From contig JAGLQA010000095.1 of assembly GCA_023137075.1 (NCBI GenBank), positions 1 through 32,779 on the forward strand: a DNA stretch of 32,779 nucleotides, given 5' to 3'. This DNA comes from Candidatus Aminicenantes bacterium (GTDB lineage: Bacteria; Acidobacteriota; Aminicenantia; UBA2199). Shown here piece after piece: positions 31,273 through 32,779 of this stretch (positions are counted from its first letter, which is position 1; every line of letters starts with the position of its first letter). Under the pieces are notes generated by a model, which saw only the letters and a program-made list of their open reading frames with translations, ran no database searches and was not told the DNA's origin. The translations under genes and the position numbers were made by a program.

Positions 31273-32779
31273 AACGGATGTTTTGATTATAGGCGGAGGA
31301 ATCGCCGGAGCCACCGCGGCCCTGATATTGACAGAGCAAGGGATAAATACCACGTTAATCTCCAAAGGCAAAGACTATAAGGCAACCAACACGAATTTAG
31401 CCCAGGGCGGTATTGCTGTCTTAGGAGAGGATGAAACCCCCGGGGATTTTATCGATGATATTATCAAAGGGGGGGACGGTATCAATTACACGGGAGCGGT
31501 GGAACAACTGGTTCAGAACTCAGGTAAATTGGTAAAGGAAATATTAATCAATAAAATAAACGTTCCCTTTTCAATGAATCATGGGGATTACGACCTGGCG
31601 CGGGAAGGCGCTCATTCAAACCGGCGCATCCTGAATGTCAAGGATATGACCGGAAAAGCAATCCAGGAAAGTTTTTACAACTACTTGAAAAATCAGCCGA
31701 ATTTGAAGATCCTCTTCAAACACACGGCCATCGACCTGTTAACCTTCCCCCACCACTCCGTGAACCCGGCCAGGACATACGAAGAACCCAAGGCCATCGG
31801 CGCATATATCCTGAACCAGGTGACCCGAAAAGTGATTCGTGTGTTTGCCAAGAAAGTTATATTGGCCACCGGTGGCTTCAGCAGTATTTTCCTGCACTCC
31901 ACCAATCCGGAGTCCGCAATCGGAGACGGGATTGCCATGGCCAACCGCGCGGGTGCCAGGCTGGCTAATTTGGAATATGTCCAGTTTCACCCTACATCCC
32001 TTTTCCATAAGGAAGCGGACAGTTTCTTGATTTCCGAAGCGGTAAGAGGCGAAGGGGCAAAATTGATGAACAGGAAAGGTGAATATTTCATGAAGGAATA
32101 TGCCGTCTTAGGTGACCTGGCCCCCCGGGATGAGGTTTCCCGGGCCATTTACGCCGAGATGATTAAGCACGGCGACGATTTTGTGCTGCTCGACCTGGCT
32201 TCTTTTGCCAAAATTAATATAGAAGAGAGGTTCCCCACGATTTATAAAACCTGCCTTAATTACGGCATCGATATTATGAAACGCCCCATTCCCGTTGTGC
32301 CTGCCGCCCATTACGGTATCGGCGGAGTACTCTGTGATCTGAAGGGAAGAACCAGCCTTAAAAACCTCTATGCCATCGGTGAAGTTTCCACTACCGGGGT
32401 TCACGGTGCCAATCGACTGGCTTCCGTTTCGCTGCTTGAGGGGCTGGTCTGGGGAGTCAAAGCCGCGAAGGATATCATCGAAAATATCGATGATGAAAAA
32501 GATCCCTATACGATCGCGGAAGTTCCCGAATGGAAGTACCCCCACCCCCAGGAGGAACTGGACCCGGCACTGGTATGGCAGGACCAGGTTACCATCAAGT
32601 ACATCATGTGGAATTACAGTGGTATCGTGCGAACTGCCAAACGGCTCGAAAGAGCCAAATCGGACCTGGCATATTTAAGACACCGCATCATTAAATTCTA
32701 CCGGAAAACCGAAATCAACAACAAAATAATCGGTTTGCGGGAAAGTGTGCAAACCGCCTTATTAGTGGTTACCTCTGCC
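31256..32779 (+). CDS. nadB: L-aspartate oxidase; the 3' end lies outside the window (not in the ORF track because no stop is reached)
   Basis: Hand translation from the ATG at 31256 gives MKEFYETDVLIIGGGIAGATAAL. Later blocks are GDGIAMANRAGARLANLEYVQFHPT and GEVSTTGVHGANRLASVSLLEGLVWG. Overlaps nadC by 17 nt. The frame stays open to nt 32779. Confidence 0.9.
   Translation, partial: MKEFYETDVLIIGGGIAGATAALILTEQGINTTLISKGKDYKATNTNLAQGGIAVLGEDETPGDFIDDIIKGGDGINYTGAVEQLVQNSGKLVKEILINKINVPFSMNHGDYDLAREGAHSNRRILNVKDMTGKAIQESFYNYLKNQPNLKILFKHTAIDLLTFPHHSVNPARTYEEPKAIGAYILNQVTRKVIRVFAKKVILATGGFSSIFLHSTNPESAIGDGIAMANRAGARLANLEYVQFHPTSLFHKEADSFLISEAVRGEGAKLMNRKGEYFMKEYAVLGDLAPRDEVSRAIYAEMIKHGDDFVLLDLASFAKINIEERFPTIYKTCLNYGIDIMKRPIPVVPAAHYGIGGVLCDLKGRTSLKNLYAIGEVSTTGVHGANRLASVSLLEGLVWGVKAAKDIIENIDDEKDPYTIAEVPEWKYPHPQEELDPALVWQDQVTIKYIMWNYSGIVRTAKRLERAKSDLAYLRHRIIKFYRKTEINNKIIGLRESVQTALLVVTSA

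Noticed and set aside
1-32779. CRISPR arrays, rRNA genes, IS elements or transposases, retron/RT genes
   Set aside because: I scanned both strands for regularly spaced identical repeats of 24-40 nt, rRNA signatures, terminal inverted repeats flanking a transposase-like ORF, and YxDD motifs. None was seen.

Overview
This is a 32.8-kb bacterial chromosomal fragment. The outer-membrane TonB-dependent receptor suggests a diderm, and the ferredoxin- and B12-dependent genes suggest an anaerobe. No rRNA genes, CRISPR array, transposase or integrase is visible.

Core content:
- (a) A + strand operon at 1.6-9.2 kb. It encodes a split B12-dependent acyl-CoA mutase, an OYE/FadH-type flavin Fe-S reductase, a 2x[4Fe-4S] ferredoxin, a VOC/epimerase-like protein and a fused IorA-IorB 2-oxoacid:ferredoxin oxidoreductase.
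- (b) A - strand operon at 9.3-15.8 kb: serC, serA-like, a divergent pterin-binding protein, pssA, an MsbA-like ABC exporter and yicC.
- (c) tRNA-Lys(CTT), a HAL2/CysQ-type nucleotidase, a TonB-dependent receptor, a spermidine-synthase-like methyltransferase, a large secreted glycosidase-like protein, a PilZ protein, and nadC-nadB.

Three visibly AT-rich accessory islets interrupt this backbone:
- (i) 0.6-1.5 kb holds a three-gene HicB-like / unknown / TumE(DUF6516)-like cassette, bracketed by a duplicated 23-nt promoter-proximal motif.
- (ii) About 3 kb directly 3' of tRNA-Lys carries hypothetical genes (DUF2335-like, DUF4177-like, one secreted protein). It also holds a phased array of eight iteron-like inverted repeats and ends at a vapC gene truncated to 40 codons.
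- (iii) 22.9-25.6 kb carries a UPF0175/DUF3368 (PIN-like) toxin-antitoxin pair. It is followed by an orphan 611-aa protein that combines an unknown N-terminal domain, a coiled coil, a PD-(D/E)xK nuclease-like core and an EF-Tu-domain-2-like beta-barrel. A hairpin-rich non-coding stretch follows.

Islet (iii) is my best candidate for an undescribed defence-type system. All functional calls rest on motif recognition by eye, and no database search was possible.
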